From a virus: a stretch of 64,000 bases of DNA. The stretch's first letter is position 1. The number at the start of each line of letters is the position of its first letter. The notes beneath the pieces were generated by a model. The model did no database searches and was not told where the DNA came from. It was given only the letters and a program-made list of their open reading frames with translations. The stretch covers positions 1-64,000 of IMG/VR virus record IMGVR_UViG_3300027969_000055; one strand, written 5' to 3'. Both the position numbers and the translations under genes were made by a program. Positions 17,756-27,413 of this stretch are shown in pieces.

Positions 17756-18391
17756 ATGGAAGTAGGATTTGCAGATACATTCTTTGACAGTTTCAAAAGA
17801 ATGATTAATAGAGAGCGGTGGTATTGGAAAACCTGGGATTTTTTCAGGTATGATTTGCCTAGAGGTTTAAAAAATATGTGGATGTTTCGCAAAGCTGTCT
17901 GGAATTATAGATGGTGGAGTGGTCATCACTCAGTATTACCGTTATTGCAAGTTGCGCTCAATAATATGGCAATCCAAATTGAAAGAGACGGGATTGAAGA
18001 AGAAACCAGCTCAGCTAAAAAGGTTAAAGCAATGAAACGTGCAGCAGAACTTATGCAACATTTTATTGATGATGATTTTATCGAAACGGCTGAGGCTGAA
18101 TTAGGCGAGATTATACATCATCAATGGGAATTTGAAGATGTTCCAGATAAACCAGGATATTCTCAATTAGTAGATCACGACACGGAAGAAGAACGAGAAC
18201 ATAATCGTAAAGTATTTGCACGATCTCGTGAAATTGAAGAGCAAGAATGGAACGAATTATGGCACCTAATAAAGGGTCAAGATTATTCAAAATTTGAAAA
18301 GGCGCCTGATGGAGATATTGAACATAAAACTTCATGGGACAATTGGCAAAAACAATTTGACGGTAGCGGATTACGCGGCTGGTGGGACTAA
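17756..18391 (+). CDS. hypothetical protein
   Basis: Trp-rich, ends GLRGWWD. Confidence 0.7.
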   Translation: MEVGFADTFFDSFKRMINRERWYWKTWDFFRYDLPRGLKNMWMFRKAVWNYRWWSGHHSVLPLLQVALNNMAIQIERDGIEEETSSAKKVKAMKRAAELMQHFIDDDFIETAEAELGEIIHHQWEFEDVPDKPGYSQLVDHDTEEEREHNRKVFARSREIEEQEWNELWHLIKGQDYSKFEKAPDGDIEHKTSWDNWQKQFDGSGLRGWWD

Positions 18392-18412
18392 TAAAATAAC
18401 GACAATATATAA

Positions 18413-20392
18413 ATGGCAAAACACAATAGCAAAACCGGCAAAACACCAATGCTTGATTCATTTGGTAAAGATCTTACTCAACTTGCACTAGAGGGCAAAC
18501 TAGATCCAGTAGTTGGAAGAGAGAAAGAAATACGCAGATGCAGTCAAATCTTGGCAAGGCGAAAGAAAAATAATCCTCTCCTAATTGGAGAACCTGGTGT
18601 AGGCAAAACGGCAATCGTTGAAGGTCTTGCTAAAATGATTATTGATAAAACCTGTCCGCGAGTTCTTTTTGATAAAAAAATCATAACTCTTGAATTAGCG
18701 AATTTAGTAGCAGGTACAAAGTATCGAGGTCAATTTGAAGAGCGAATGGAACAGATAATAGAAGAGGTTCAGGCAAATCCAAATGTCATTCTATTCATTG
18801 ATGAAATTCATACCCTAATTGGAGCAGGCTCAGCAAGTGGATCATTAGACGCTGCGAATATCCTAAAACCTGCGCTTAGCCGTGGAGAAATTCAGTGTAT
18901 TGGTGCAACTACGCTAGACGAATTTAGAGGATCAATTGAAAAAGATGGGGCTCTTAGCCGCCGATTTCAACAGGTAATGGTAAATCCATCTACGCTAGAA
19001 CAGTCGCGTCAGATCATTGAGAATATCCGAGCTAAATACGAAGACCATCATTCAGTTAAGTATACTGATGAGGCACTAGATGCATGCGTTGCATATAGTG
19101 ACCGATATTTACAGGACAGATTTTTACCAGATAAAGCAATTGACTTAATGGACGAAGCCGGCGCAGCAGTTCATATCAATGGAGTAGTTGTACCAGAAGC
19201 AATTAAAAAACTGGAAGAGAAATTTGTTGAGGTAAGTGCTAAAAAACAAAAAGCAGTAGATTCTCAACAGTACGAAGCTGCTGCCAAACTTAGAGATGAT
19301 GCTCTTAAAGTAATGAAAGATATTGATGATGAAAAGGTGCAATGGGAAGAGTCATTAAAGATTAATCGACTAACCGTATCAGAAGAAGATATTGCAAATG
19401 TTGTTGCGGTCATGACTGGTATACCGGTTACCCGATTAAAAGGTTCGGAGCTTGAACGGTTATCAACAATGGCTAAATGGTTAAAGGAAAGAGTTATTGG
19501 TCAATCTGAAGCAGTATCTAAATTAACTAAAGCAATTCAACGCTCAAGAGCCGGTCTTAAGTCTAAAAATCGTCCAATTGGCACATTCATGTTTCTAGGT
19601 CCAACTGGAGTTGGTAAAACTGAATTAGCTAAACAGTTAGCGAAATTTCTATTTGACACAGAAGACTCCCTGATCCGAATTGATATGACTGAGTTTGGAG
19701 AAAAATTTACAGCATCAAAATTAATAGGTGCTCCTCCAGGTTATGTAGGATATGAAGAAGGCGGACAGTTAACAGAAAAAGTAAAACGTAAACCCTATTC
19801 AGTTATCTTGTTAGATGAAGTTGAAAAAGCTCATCCAGATATTTTCCATACCCTATTACAAGTATTAGACGAGGGTCATATGACTGATGGGCTTGGCCGG
19901 AAAATTGATTTTAAGAATACGGTAATTATCATGACTTCGAATTTGGGAGTTAAGGAATTACAAGATTTCGGTGGAGGTATTGGATTCTCATCGTCAACTC
20001 CATTTGAACAGCAAAAAGAACTAGCTTCAGGTATTTTAAGAAAAGCTGTTAGCAAACAATTTGCACCGGAATTTATTAATCGACTAGATGATATTATTAT
20101 CTTTGAGTCCCTAAAGAAAGAGGACGTTGCTCAAATAATTGAAGTTGAATTAGTAGATCTTTATTCAAGAGTAAAGGAAAATGGTTATACTGTTGAATTA
20201 ACAAAGTCCGCAAAAGAATTTTTAATTGAAGCCGGTTACGATCATAAATTTGGAGCTCGTCCATTAAAAAGAGCTATTCAAACTCATGTTGAAGATCTTA
20301 TTGCGGAAGCATATATTGATGGTAAAATTAAAGATGGTGATCACTTAGTTATTAACCATAAAACAAAAGACACAAAATTAACTATTAAATAA
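18413..20392 (+). CDS. clpC: ClpC-type Clp protease ATPase subunit lacking the N-terminal domain
   Basis: Two AAA modules (GEPGVGKT, FIDEIH; GPTGVGKT, LLDEVEKAH), UVR-type middle domain YEAAAKLRD, IGF loop, GARPLKR. Confidence 0.9.
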   Translation: MAKHNSKTGKTPMLDSFGKDLTQLALEGKLDPVVGREKEIRRCSQILARRKKNNPLLIGEPGVGKTAIVEGLAKMIIDKTCPRVLFDKKIITLELANLVAGTKYRGQFEERMEQIIEEVQANPNVILFIDEIHTLIGAGSASGSLDAANILKPALSRGEIQCIGATTLDEFRGSIEKDGALSRRFQQVMVNPSTLEQSRQIIENIRAKYEDHHSVKYTDEALDACVAYSDRYLQDRFLPDKAIDLMDEAGAAVHINGVVVPEAIKKLEEKFVEVSAKKQKAVDSQQYEAAAKLRDDALKVMKDIDDEKVQWEESLKINRLTVSEEDIANVVAVMTGIPVTRLKGSELERLSTMAKWLKERVIGQSEAVSKLTKAIQRSRAGLKSKNRPIGTFMFLGPTGVGKTELAKQLAKFLFDTEDSLIRIDMTEFGEKFTASKLIGAPPGYVGYEEGGQLTEKVKRKPYSVILLDEVEKAHPDIFHTLLQVLDEGHMTDGLGRKIDFKNTVIIMTSNLGVKELQDFGGGIGFSSSTPFEQQKELASGILRKAVSKQFAPEFINRLDDIIIFESLKKEDVAQIIEVELVDLYSRVKENGYTVELTKSAKEFLIEAGYDHKFGARPLKRAIQTHVEDLIAEAYIDGKIKDGDHLVINHKTKDTKLTIK

Positions 20393-21228
20393 TGAAGATA
20401 CTTGTAACTGGCGATCAGGGATTTATCGCAAAAAATCTAATCGGTAAATTAGATAAAAACTGGACAGTTTATGGAATAGACGTTAATGATTTTATGGTGG
20501 TTGACGATTGGCAAAGTCAATTAATGGATATTGTTGCAAGTCTATCGCCTGACGTAATATTTCATGTTGGTGCATGTTCTGATACAATGGAACAGAACGT
20601 GAATTACATGATGAATCTTAACTATGAATCAACTAAACTATTGGCTGAGTATTGTTATATGACAGATTGTAAAATGGTTTATTCATCATCTGCTGCCAAC
20701 TATGGAACTAATGGAAAGAATCCGTCTAACCTATACGGCTGGAGTAAATACGCTGCTGAAGATATAGTAAAAGCAAAAGGTGGAGTTGCTCTTAGGTATT
20801 TTAATGTGTATGGACCTGGCGAAGAGCATAAAGGTAAAATGGCATCAGTTGCATATCAATCTTGGTTAAAAAGTCAAGCTGAAGAAACGGTTATCCTGTT
20901 TCCAAAAAAACCAACTAGAGATTTTGTTTACGTTGACGATATTGTTTCTGCCAACTTACATGCTCTTGAGAATTATGAGCAATTTTCAGGAAATCATTTT
21001 GATGTAGGCAGCGGAGAGTCAAGATCGTTTGAAGAAGTTATGCAATTGATGCAAATACCATTTGAATACACTGAGGAATCAATAATTCCTAGCGGCTATC
21101 AATTTTTTACAATAAGTAACAAAAATGAATGGTTACCTGGCTGGACACCTTCATGGACAATTGATACTGGCGTTCCAGCATATTTAGAATATTTAAAAAA
21201 ATCAAAAGAAGATGGGCCATCAAATTAA
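20392..21228 (+). CDS. hldD: ADP-L-glycero-D-manno-heptose 6-epimerase-like SDR
   Basis: TGDQGFIA, FHVGACSDT, YSSSAANYG, YGWSK, LRYFNVYGPGEEHKGKMASV. Confidence 0.8.
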   Translation: MKILVTGDQGFIAKNLIGKLDKNWTVYGIDVNDFMVVDDWQSQLMDIVASLSPDVIFHVGACSDTMEQNVNYMMNLNYESTKLLAEYCYMTDCKMVYSSSAANYGTNGKNPSNLYGWSKYAAEDIVKAKGGVALRYFNVYGPGEEHKGKMASVAYQSWLKSQAEETVILFPKKPTRDFVYVDDIVSANLHALENYEQFSGNHFDVGSGESRSFEEVMQLMQIPFEYTEESIIPSGYQFFTISNKNEWLPGWTPSWTIDTGVPAYLEYLKKSKEDGPSN

Positions 21229-21592
21229 ACCAACCGTTTGTAAAGGTTGTGAAGTTCCAAAAGGCTGGGGCAGAGAAATCATAATTGAAAATAATGATAA
21301 GTACTGTGGCAAGATTTTACAATTTAACGAAGGTTGTAAATTCTCAATGCACTATCATCTGCTTAAGGATGAAACTTGGTATGTTAACTCTGGCATATTC
21401 ATATACAGATGGATTGATACTGAAACAGCAGAAGTTCATGAGCAACAGCTTACAGCAGGCGATGTTGTTCGTCAGTTACCCGGACAACCTCATCAACTTG
21501 AAGCAGTGTTTGATGGAGAAATATTTGAAGTTTCCACAACTCATATGGATGAAGATTCATATAGAGTATGGAAAGGCAATAGCCAAAAATAG
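21212..21592 (+). CDS. cupin, sugar-phosphate isomerase-like
   Basis: KGWGRE, SMHYHLLKDETWYV, PGQPHQL, FEVST. Confidence 0.75.
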   Translation: MGHQIKPTVCKGCEVPKGWGREIIIENNDKYCGKILQFNEGCKFSMHYHLLKDETWYVNSGIFIYRWIDTETAEVHEQQLTAGDVVRQLPGQPHQLEAVFDGEIFEVSTTHMDEDSYRVWKGNSQK

Positions 21593-21602
21593 TTAATTAA
21601 TC

Positions 21603-21995
21603 ATGAAAGTCATATGGGTTAATGGAACATTTGATGTGATGCATCTAGGTCATATCAAGCTCCTAGAGTTTGCAAAAAGTCTAGGAAATTTTCTTATTGT
21701 TGGAATTGACCAAGATAATAGAGTAAAGCAATTAAAGGGCCAAACTCGCCCAATTAATAATTGCCAAAATAGAATGGAGTTTTTAAAGTCAATTAAATAC
21801 GTAGATTCAGTTGTAACCTTTGGGACAGATGCTGAGCTAACTGACCATATTCGAATATTTAAACCTCAGGTGATGGTTGTAGGCTCTGATTATGTCGGTA
21901 AAAAAATAATCGGATCCGAATGGGCTGGCGAAGTAAAATACTTTGATAGAGTTGACGATTTATCAACTACAAAAATATTAAACACGCATGAATAA
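21603..21995 (+). CDS. RfaE domain II-like sugar-1-phosphate nucleotidyltransferase (HldC-like)
   Basis: NGTFDVMHLGH, KGQTRPIN, GSDY, STTKI. Confidence 0.85.
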   Translation: MKVIWVNGTFDVMHLGHIKLLEFAKSLGNFLIVGIDQDNRVKQLKGQTRPINNCQNRMEFLKSIKYVDSVVTFGTDAELTDHIRIFKPQVMVVGSDYVGKKIIGSEWAGEVKYFDRVDDLSTTKILNTHE

Positions 21996-22782
21996 CATAT
22001 TAGTAATAGGCGAAGCATGTATTGACATATTTGAATACGGCAAATGTACCCGACTTAATCCTGAAGCCCCAACCCCAATCTTTCAGTCAGATCATATTGA
22101 AACAAATGGTGGAATGGCAAGTAATGTATATGAAAATATCTTGAGTATTGCTGGAATAAAGAATGGGCATTATGAAATTAATGTTGATTTTATAGGTCAA
22201 GCGAATGGAAAAATTACCAAACATCGATTCGTAGATATTAATTCAAATTATATTCTTTTACGAGTAGATAATGATGGGCCAGTTGAACCACTTAATATTG
22301 GTTCGCTTGATTCAGAAATTATATATCAAATTACATCAGCTGATATTGTGGTAGTTTCTGACTATAATAAAGGTTTCCTAACTGAAGAAACCTTAGAAAA
22401 GATTGCAAGACACTCTAAATTAAGTTTCATTGATACTAAAAAACCGTTAGGTTGGTGGGCTAATGATTTTAATTTCATTAAAATTAATAAAAAAGAGTTT
22501 GAGAATCCAGCACATGATAAGGACTTTATTGGCAGTAGTATGGATAAGCTAATTGTTACACTTGGAGCAGATGGAGCCAAATGGAACGGAACTCAAGTAT
22601 ATCCACTTAACCCAACTGAAGTAAAGGACGTATCTGGTGCTGGCGATAGCTTTATTGCCGGCTTGGTGGTTGAATACCTAAAAAGTAATGATATTATCCA
22701 AGCAATTCAATTTGCAAATGTTTGTGCAGGCATAGCGGTTTCACAAAAGGGTGTAGTTTCAGTAGAGTGTCCAGATAAATAA
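21988..22782 (+). CDS. RfaE domain I-like PfkB kinase (HldA-like)
   Basis: RLNPEAPTP, GGMASNV, VSDYNKG, DVSGAGDSF. Confidence 0.85.
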   Translation: MNNILVIGEACIDIFEYGKCTRLNPEAPTPIFQSDHIETNGGMASNVYENILSIAGIKNGHYEINVDFIGQANGKITKHRFVDINSNYILLRVDNDGPVEPLNIGSLDSEIIYQITSADIVVVSDYNKGFLTEETLEKIARHSKLSFIDTKKPLGWWANDFNFIKINKKEFENPAHDKDFIGSSMDKLIVTLGADGAKWNGTQVYPLNPTEVKDVSGAGDSFIAGLVVEYLKSNDIIQAIQFANVCAGIAVSQKGVVSVECPDK

Positions 22783-22803
22783 TTAAAAATATCCATACAC
22801 ACA

Positions 22804-23580
22804 ATGGGAAAATTTGGTAAAAATAGACTACCTAAGTTCATGAATAAACCTGATGATAGAATAGGTTCAAACCCTCACATCCAAGAGGACAGCCAGGATG
22901 ATGAAATGCAACCAGTAATAGTATCTATGTCTGGCCATGGAGATGACCATGCAATGATTGTAATTAAAACTAAAAGCGGTGAAGAATTAGAGCTTCAATT
23001 TAACTATGATGGAGAAGGAATGTTAACTGCTCAACACGGTGAACATGAGTATTCTATTCCGGTAGAGGTTGAATATGTAGAGACTGAAGAAGTTGATGAA
23101 AAACTTAAAGGCAAACAGACAAAATTAGATAAAAATCATAACGGTAAAATTGATTCAGAAGATTTTAAATTACTTAATAAATCCAAAAAGGCTAAAAAGG
23201 ATACCGAAGGTAAAGTTGCTGAAACCTTTGAAGGTTTTGTAAATGAATGCTGGACTCCTATGGAAGAAGGTTATAATTTAGCAATGTCAGAAGAGGCAAA
23301 ACGAGCAATTAAAGCACTATGTGAAGAAGTTTTAATTCAAGAAGCTAAAAGATGTGATGAAGATGCTGACTCAATGCATACTTACGAAAACTATTTAAAC
23401 GAATGCGGTTCATATATGACTGAGTGCATGATGGAAGCAGCTGCTAATATACCGGTAACTGAATCTACTTCATATAGTTGTGATACTTGCGGAGAACGTG
23501 CGGAACACGAAGAAATTGAAGAGAATCCTAGGATGCGATGTTCTAATTGTGGCGATCGTAGTTGGAGTCCAGAGCAATAA
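22804..23580 (+). CDS. acidic hypothetical protein with EF-hand-like loop and C-terminal zinc ribbon
   Basis: DKNHNGKIDSED; CDTC...CSNC; ATAAATAA at 22775. Confidence 0.7.
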   Translation: MGKFGKNRLPKFMNKPDDRIGSNPHIQEDSQDDEMQPVIVSMSGHGDDHAMIVIKTKSGEELELQFNYDGEGMLTAQHGEHEYSIPVEVEYVETEEVDEKLKGKQTKLDKNHNGKIDSEDFKLLNKSKKAKKDTEGKVAETFEGFVNECWTPMEEGYNLAMSEEAKRAIKALCEEVLIQEAKRCDEDADSMHTYENYLNECGSYMTECMMEAAANIPVTESTSYSCDTCGERAEHEEIEENPRMRCSNCGDRSWSPEQ

Positions 23581-23602
23581 TCTTAATTAATTAAATTAGT
23601 AG

Positions 23603-23628
23603 AAAAGCCCGGTTATCGGGCTTTTTTT
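23603..23628 (+). terminator. intrinsic terminator
   Basis: AAAAGCCCG/CGGGCTTTT stem plus T-run. Confidence 0.8.
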
Positions 23629-23658
23629 ATTTAGCCTGGAGCGGGAATAAATAATCCT

Positions 23659-23931
23659 ATGGATATGCACAGTTCAAAAATGTCATCTGGTGAAGTTACG
23701 GTTCCAGCAAGTTCGTTTAATCAACAAACTGATCGGAATATTCAACCCAGCCCTACTGGAATCAGTATGGGTGGAATACCGACATTCTGGTTATCAAGTC
23801 AACCTATTTCTAGACGTGATATGACAGCTAACTCAACACCACTTGGCGCAAACCCAAAGAGCTATAAAGTTCTTAAGTTTGAGGAATTCCATTCTGGTAA
23901 ATACCAAGGCGATCCAGAAATTGATAAATAA
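23659..23931 (+). CDS. hypothetical protein
   Basis: After ATAAATAA 23647; KVLKFEEF near C-terminus. Confidence 0.6.
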   Translation: MDMHSSKMSSGEVTVPASSFNQQTDRNIQPSPTGISMGGIPTFWLSSQPISRRDMTANSTPLGANPKSYKVLKFEEFHSGKYQGDPEIDK

Positions 23932-23946
23932 CAAAAAACAATTACT

Positions 23947-24312
23947 ATGAGTAACAAAATTTTAAATTTCAACGACTTTAAAACTGGTGGAAAACTTAGT
24001 GATCCAAACACTGCTACTAAAGTAAAAGCGGCAGATCCAGTTAAAAAGGAAAAGTCAATAGATCAAGTAAAAAGAGCTGACTTAACTCACCCTAAGATTA
24101 CAGTACCTGACTATTCAAAAACAGTCAAGACTCCAGTAATGGAAGGCGTAATTGAAGATAATCATGTTAAAATTGATGATCTTAAAATTCAATTATCTAA
24201 ATTAAGTCAGACTGACTCAACTTATTTACAAAAGAAACGCGATATTGATGCTCAGATTGCTACCTTAACTAAAGCAATTGACGATGCTACTAAATTAGCT
24301 GCAACAAAGTAA
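23947..24312 (+). CDS. hypothetical protein (putative internal head protein)
   Basis: MSNKILNFNDF; ATAAATAA at 23924. Confidence 0.65.
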   Translation: MSNKILNFNDFKTGGKLSDPNTATKVKAADPVKKEKSIDQVKRADLTHPKITVPDYSKTVKTPVMEGVIEDNHVKIDDLKIQLSKLSQTDSTYLQKKRDIDAQIATLTKAIDDATKLAATK

Positions 24313-24329
24313 AAAAAAAAATTAACTAA

Positions 24330-25070
24330 ATGACTTTAGACGAATTAATATTGGATGTACAGAATGAATTAACATTTGCTAAAGCATTACCGTACTCTAT
24401 TCCCGAACAGGAAATTAAGCGTATTATTACAATTGCTGAAAGGTATTTTTATGATAACTGGAAGCATGCAGTTGAGCCACGATATTTACTAATACCAAAT
24501 GCAGTATTTACAAATCCAGCTTTTAAAGTTGACCGCTCAATCCAATTACCGGATTGTGTAGGATTTGTACATAATGTAATGGAAGCAAAGGGCGGAGCAT
24601 CAATGTTTGGAACAATGGATTTAGACTTTGCTGATAATAAATTTATTGGATCAGAAATGTTCTTAACTCCATTTATTGGCGAGTCAATTATGTATCGTAC
24701 AGTGATATTCTCTTTTCTTGATTTAGTTAAAGGTTTTACAATTGATACGTTTGCATATGACTATAATAAAAATACCCGAAAATTAGCAATTCTCGGAAGA
24801 ACCCCAAAGGGTTCTCAAATGGTAGTTCACATTGCTAAAAAGATTCCAGCGGAAGACCTGTATAATGATGAATTATTTCAAAGATACATTAGAGCAAAGG
24901 CCAAATTAAGACTTGGCGATCTACTTACAACATTTGACTATAATTTACCTGGAGGAATAAAACCAAATTACGCAAATCTAGTAACTAAAGCTGAGACTGA
25001 ATTAGCTGGAGTTATGGAAATGATGAAAACTGAAAATACTGCCGACTTCTTGTACTTTGCAAGATGGTAA
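24330..25070 (+). CDS. putative neck/head-tail adaptor protein (gp13-like)
   Basis: AERYFYD, RYIRAKAKLRLG...FDYNLPGGIKPN pattern typical of gp13-like neck proteins. Confidence 0.55.
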   Translation: MTLDELILDVQNELTFAKALPYSIPEQEIKRIITIAERYFYDNWKHAVEPRYLLIPNAVFTNPAFKVDRSIQLPDCVGFVHNVMEAKGGASMFGTMDLDFADNKFIGSEMFLTPFIGESIMYRTVIFSFLDLVKGFTIDTFAYDYNKNTRKLAILGRTPKGSQMVVHIAKKIPAEDLYNDELFQRYIRAKAKLRLGDLLTTFDYNLPGGIKPNYANLVTKAETELAGVMEMMKTENTADFLYFARW

Positions 25071-25077
25071 TTAAGAT

Positions 25078-25464
25078 ATGATTCAACCCGTAGGAAAAGA
25101 CCTTTACTTAAGAGCCCCAGGCGATCCAAATTATCAAGAAGGGGTATTTGAATCAAATGACTCAATTGAAAATGCTCTTCAACAAGTACGTATGGTATTG
25201 CTAACCAGACCAGGCGAAGTATTGGGCGAAGATATTGGATTTAATGCTGAGAAATACCTGTTTGAATTTGAATTTTCAAGTCTTGATACTATGGAAAAAG
25301 ATGCTAACGATCAAATTAATGAATATGTTCTTTTTTCTAAACCATACCAAATTACCGCTTCAGGATTTACACTGGATGATATCGGTGATCCATATAAAGT
25401 TGGATTGGGTTTAGATATTAAAGTAGATGGCAAATCCGCATTTGCAACACTATTTGATCTTTAA
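25078..25464 (+). CDS. gp25: baseplate wedge protein, gp25-like
   Basis: QQVRMVLLTRPGEVLG..IG....YLFE. Confidence 0.75.
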   Translation: MIQPVGKDLYLRAPGDPNYQEGVFESNDSIENALQQVRMVLLTRPGEVLGEDIGFNAEKYLFEFEFSSLDTMEKDANDQINEYVLFSKPYQITASGFTLDDIGDPYKVGLGLDIKVDGKSAFATLFDL

Positions 25465-25482
25465 TTACTGGTTAGACCTAAT

Positions 25483-25510
25483 AAAAAAGCGAAGAGTTAT
25501 CTTCGCTTTT
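25483..25510. terminator. bidirectional intrinsic terminator
   Basis: AAAAAAGCGAAGA/TCTTCGCTTTT between convergent genes. Confidence 0.75.
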
Positions 25511-25538
25511 CTTGTTTATATTAAAATGTAATAATTGG

Positions 25539-26483
25539 TTATAGGTCCCAATCAGTTGATGCCGGAACAGTGAAGTAGCTGGTACCATCAAAGTTAACAC
25601 TACCTCCACCGCTTGTGAATGGAGAGTCTGAACTCCAAGCAGCTGAACCAACATTGGTAATTGTTCGAGCAAACGTAGATGAATCAGTTGTTAAACTTCC
25701 ACTAGCTGTTGCAAGCATTAAGAATTTAGTATCATCAACCGCGGTTAATGGAGAAGTTGGAACGCTGAATGACGATCCAGAATAAAGAGATCGAGCAGTC
25801 CATCTAAAGTTAGTCATTTTACCTTTAACTTGACTATCTGGCCCTGGCTCTGCTCCAATATACAGAACATTAGAGTTGGAAGGAATTGCTGCATTCCATG
25901 TTCCAGTTGCTTCGCGGGTACCATTTATATAAAGTGAAAGACTTCCGTTAGATCGAGTTACTGCCATATGATGCCATGTATTAGTAGCTAGGGATAATGA
26001 GCCTTTATCAACTTTATAACCTCCGCCAGTCCACCAATAAACGTGACCTCCAGTTTGTTCAATTGAAACGGCATTTGGTGCAGGGAATGCTCCCAATGAA
26101 TATGGTCGTGGATGTCCAGTAGGAGTAGTCCAACTTGTAACTTTAATCCACCATTCAATTGTAAAGTCAACACCTGGTACACGAGTTGTAGTTGTTGTAG
26201 TTGCAGCAGCTGTTGTAGTTGTTGTAGTTGCAGCAGCTGTTGTAGTTGTTGTAGTAGGAGCAGCGGTTGTAGTTGTTGTAGTAGGAGCAGCGGTTGTAGT
26301 TGTGGTAGTTATTTGTCCACCTCCACCACCAGCAGCGGCCGCTGCATTTGCAGCTTGATTACCAGCCTGACGGGCTTCCATTATATGTTTATTAATTGCA
26401 AGTTCTCGCATTTCTTCTTCATATTTAAGACGAGCCACTTTTTGATCAGGAGTTTCTTCACCCCAGTTAATAAATTTATCCAT
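25539..26483 (-). CDS. LamG/concanavalin-like domain protein with Thr-rich linker (putative virion appendage)
   Basis: DFTIEWW, WHHMAVTR, LYINGT, GKMTNFRW; (T6AAP/A) repeats. Confidence 0.8.
   Translation of the reverse strand: MDKFINWGEETPDQKVARLKYEEEMRELAINKHIMEARQAGNQAANAAAAAGGGGGQITTTTTTAAPTTTTTTAAPTTTTTTAAATTTTTTAAATTTTTTRVPGVDFTIEWWIKVTSWTTPTGHPRPYSLGAFPAPNAVSIEQTGGHVYWWTGGGYKVDKGSLSLATNTWHHMAVTRSNGSLSLYINGTREATGTWNAAIPSNSNVLYIGAEPGPDSQVKGKMTNFRWTARSLYSGSSFSVPTSPLTAVDDTKFLMLATASGSLTTDSSTFARTITNVGSAAWSSDSPFTSGGGSVNFDGTSYFTVPASTDWDL
26184..26310 (-). repeat. 27-bp tandem repeat encoding TTTTTTAA(P/A)
   Basis: About 4.7 units, e.g. GCAGCAGC at 26203 and 26230. Confidence 0.85.
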
Positions 26484-26508
26484 TCGATAGTAGTATTTTT
26501 AATTAGAG

Positions 26509-27402
26509 TTATTTATTTTGACCGTTAATCCAAGTTTCAAAATCAATCTCAGGTTTCCAAGATAATATTGAATCTGCTCTATCAATATTTGCAAGACTTG
26601 CCTTTGGTTCAAGCCTAAAACCAATCGATTCAGTCTTTCCGCCTAGCATCGCTGCAATTTGATTAACGCTAAGAGATTTTCCTGAGCCTATATTAATAAC
26701 TGAGTGCAGAAATTTAGATGACATTGCTAAAAAGTTAGCTCTGGCAACGTCTTTAACGTGAATAAAGTCTCTGGTTTGATTACCGTCATTTACAATCGGT
26801 AATTTTTTACCGAGTTTAGAATTTTCTAAAAAGATTGGAATGACTGACCTGTATGAACTTTTTGGATTGGTTCTTTCCCCAAATACATTAAAATATCTTA
26901 AACAGGTTGTAACTATTCCATAATTATGCGAATATAACTTACAATACTGTTCGCCAACTTGTTTACTTAAAGCATATGGTGAAATTGGATCAGGTTCAAC
27001 TTGTTCAGAAGTAGGAGTAATTAAAGTATTTCCATATACTGAGCTTGATGAACTAAATACGAATTTTTTAACCTCAGCGATTCTGCATGCTTCAAGCATA
27101 TTAACTGTACCAGTAATATTAACTTGATTATACGGCTTAGGATCCTCTAATGACCCCTGTACTGAAGTTAGTGCGGCTAAATGGAATACACATTCAGAAC
27201 CTTTAATGATGGTAGCAATCTTCTTGGGATCATCTGCAATATCATAGACTCTAAGATCAACTTTTCCATTAGGTAAATTTAAACTTTTTCCACTAGACAA
27301 ATCGTCTATTACGATTACTGCATAACCTTCCTGTAAGAGAAGATCAACTAGGTGAGAGCCGATAAAACCTGCTCCACCAGTTACTGTTACTTTTTGAGTC
27401 AT
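26509..27402 (-). CDS. NAD-dependent nucleotide-sugar epimerase/dehydratase
   Basis: TGGAGFIGSH, SSSSVYG, YALSK, LRYFNVFG, RDFIHV. Confidence 0.9.
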   Translation of the reverse strand: MTQKVTVTGGAGFIGSHLVDLLLQEGYAVIVIDDLSSGKSLNLPNGKVDLRVYDIADDPKKIATIIKGSECVFHLAALTSVQGSLEDPKPYNQVNITGTVNMLEACRIAEVKKFVFSSSSSVYGNTLITPTSEQVEPDPISPYALSKQVGEQYCKLYSHNYGIVTTCLRYFNVFGERTNPKSSYRSVIPIFLENSKLGKKLPIVNDGNQTRDFIHVKDVARANFLAMSSKFLHSVINIGSGKSLSVNQIAAMLGGKTESIGFRLEPKASLANIDRADSILSWKPEIDFETWINGQNK

Positions 27403-27413
27403 CTATATTAAAA

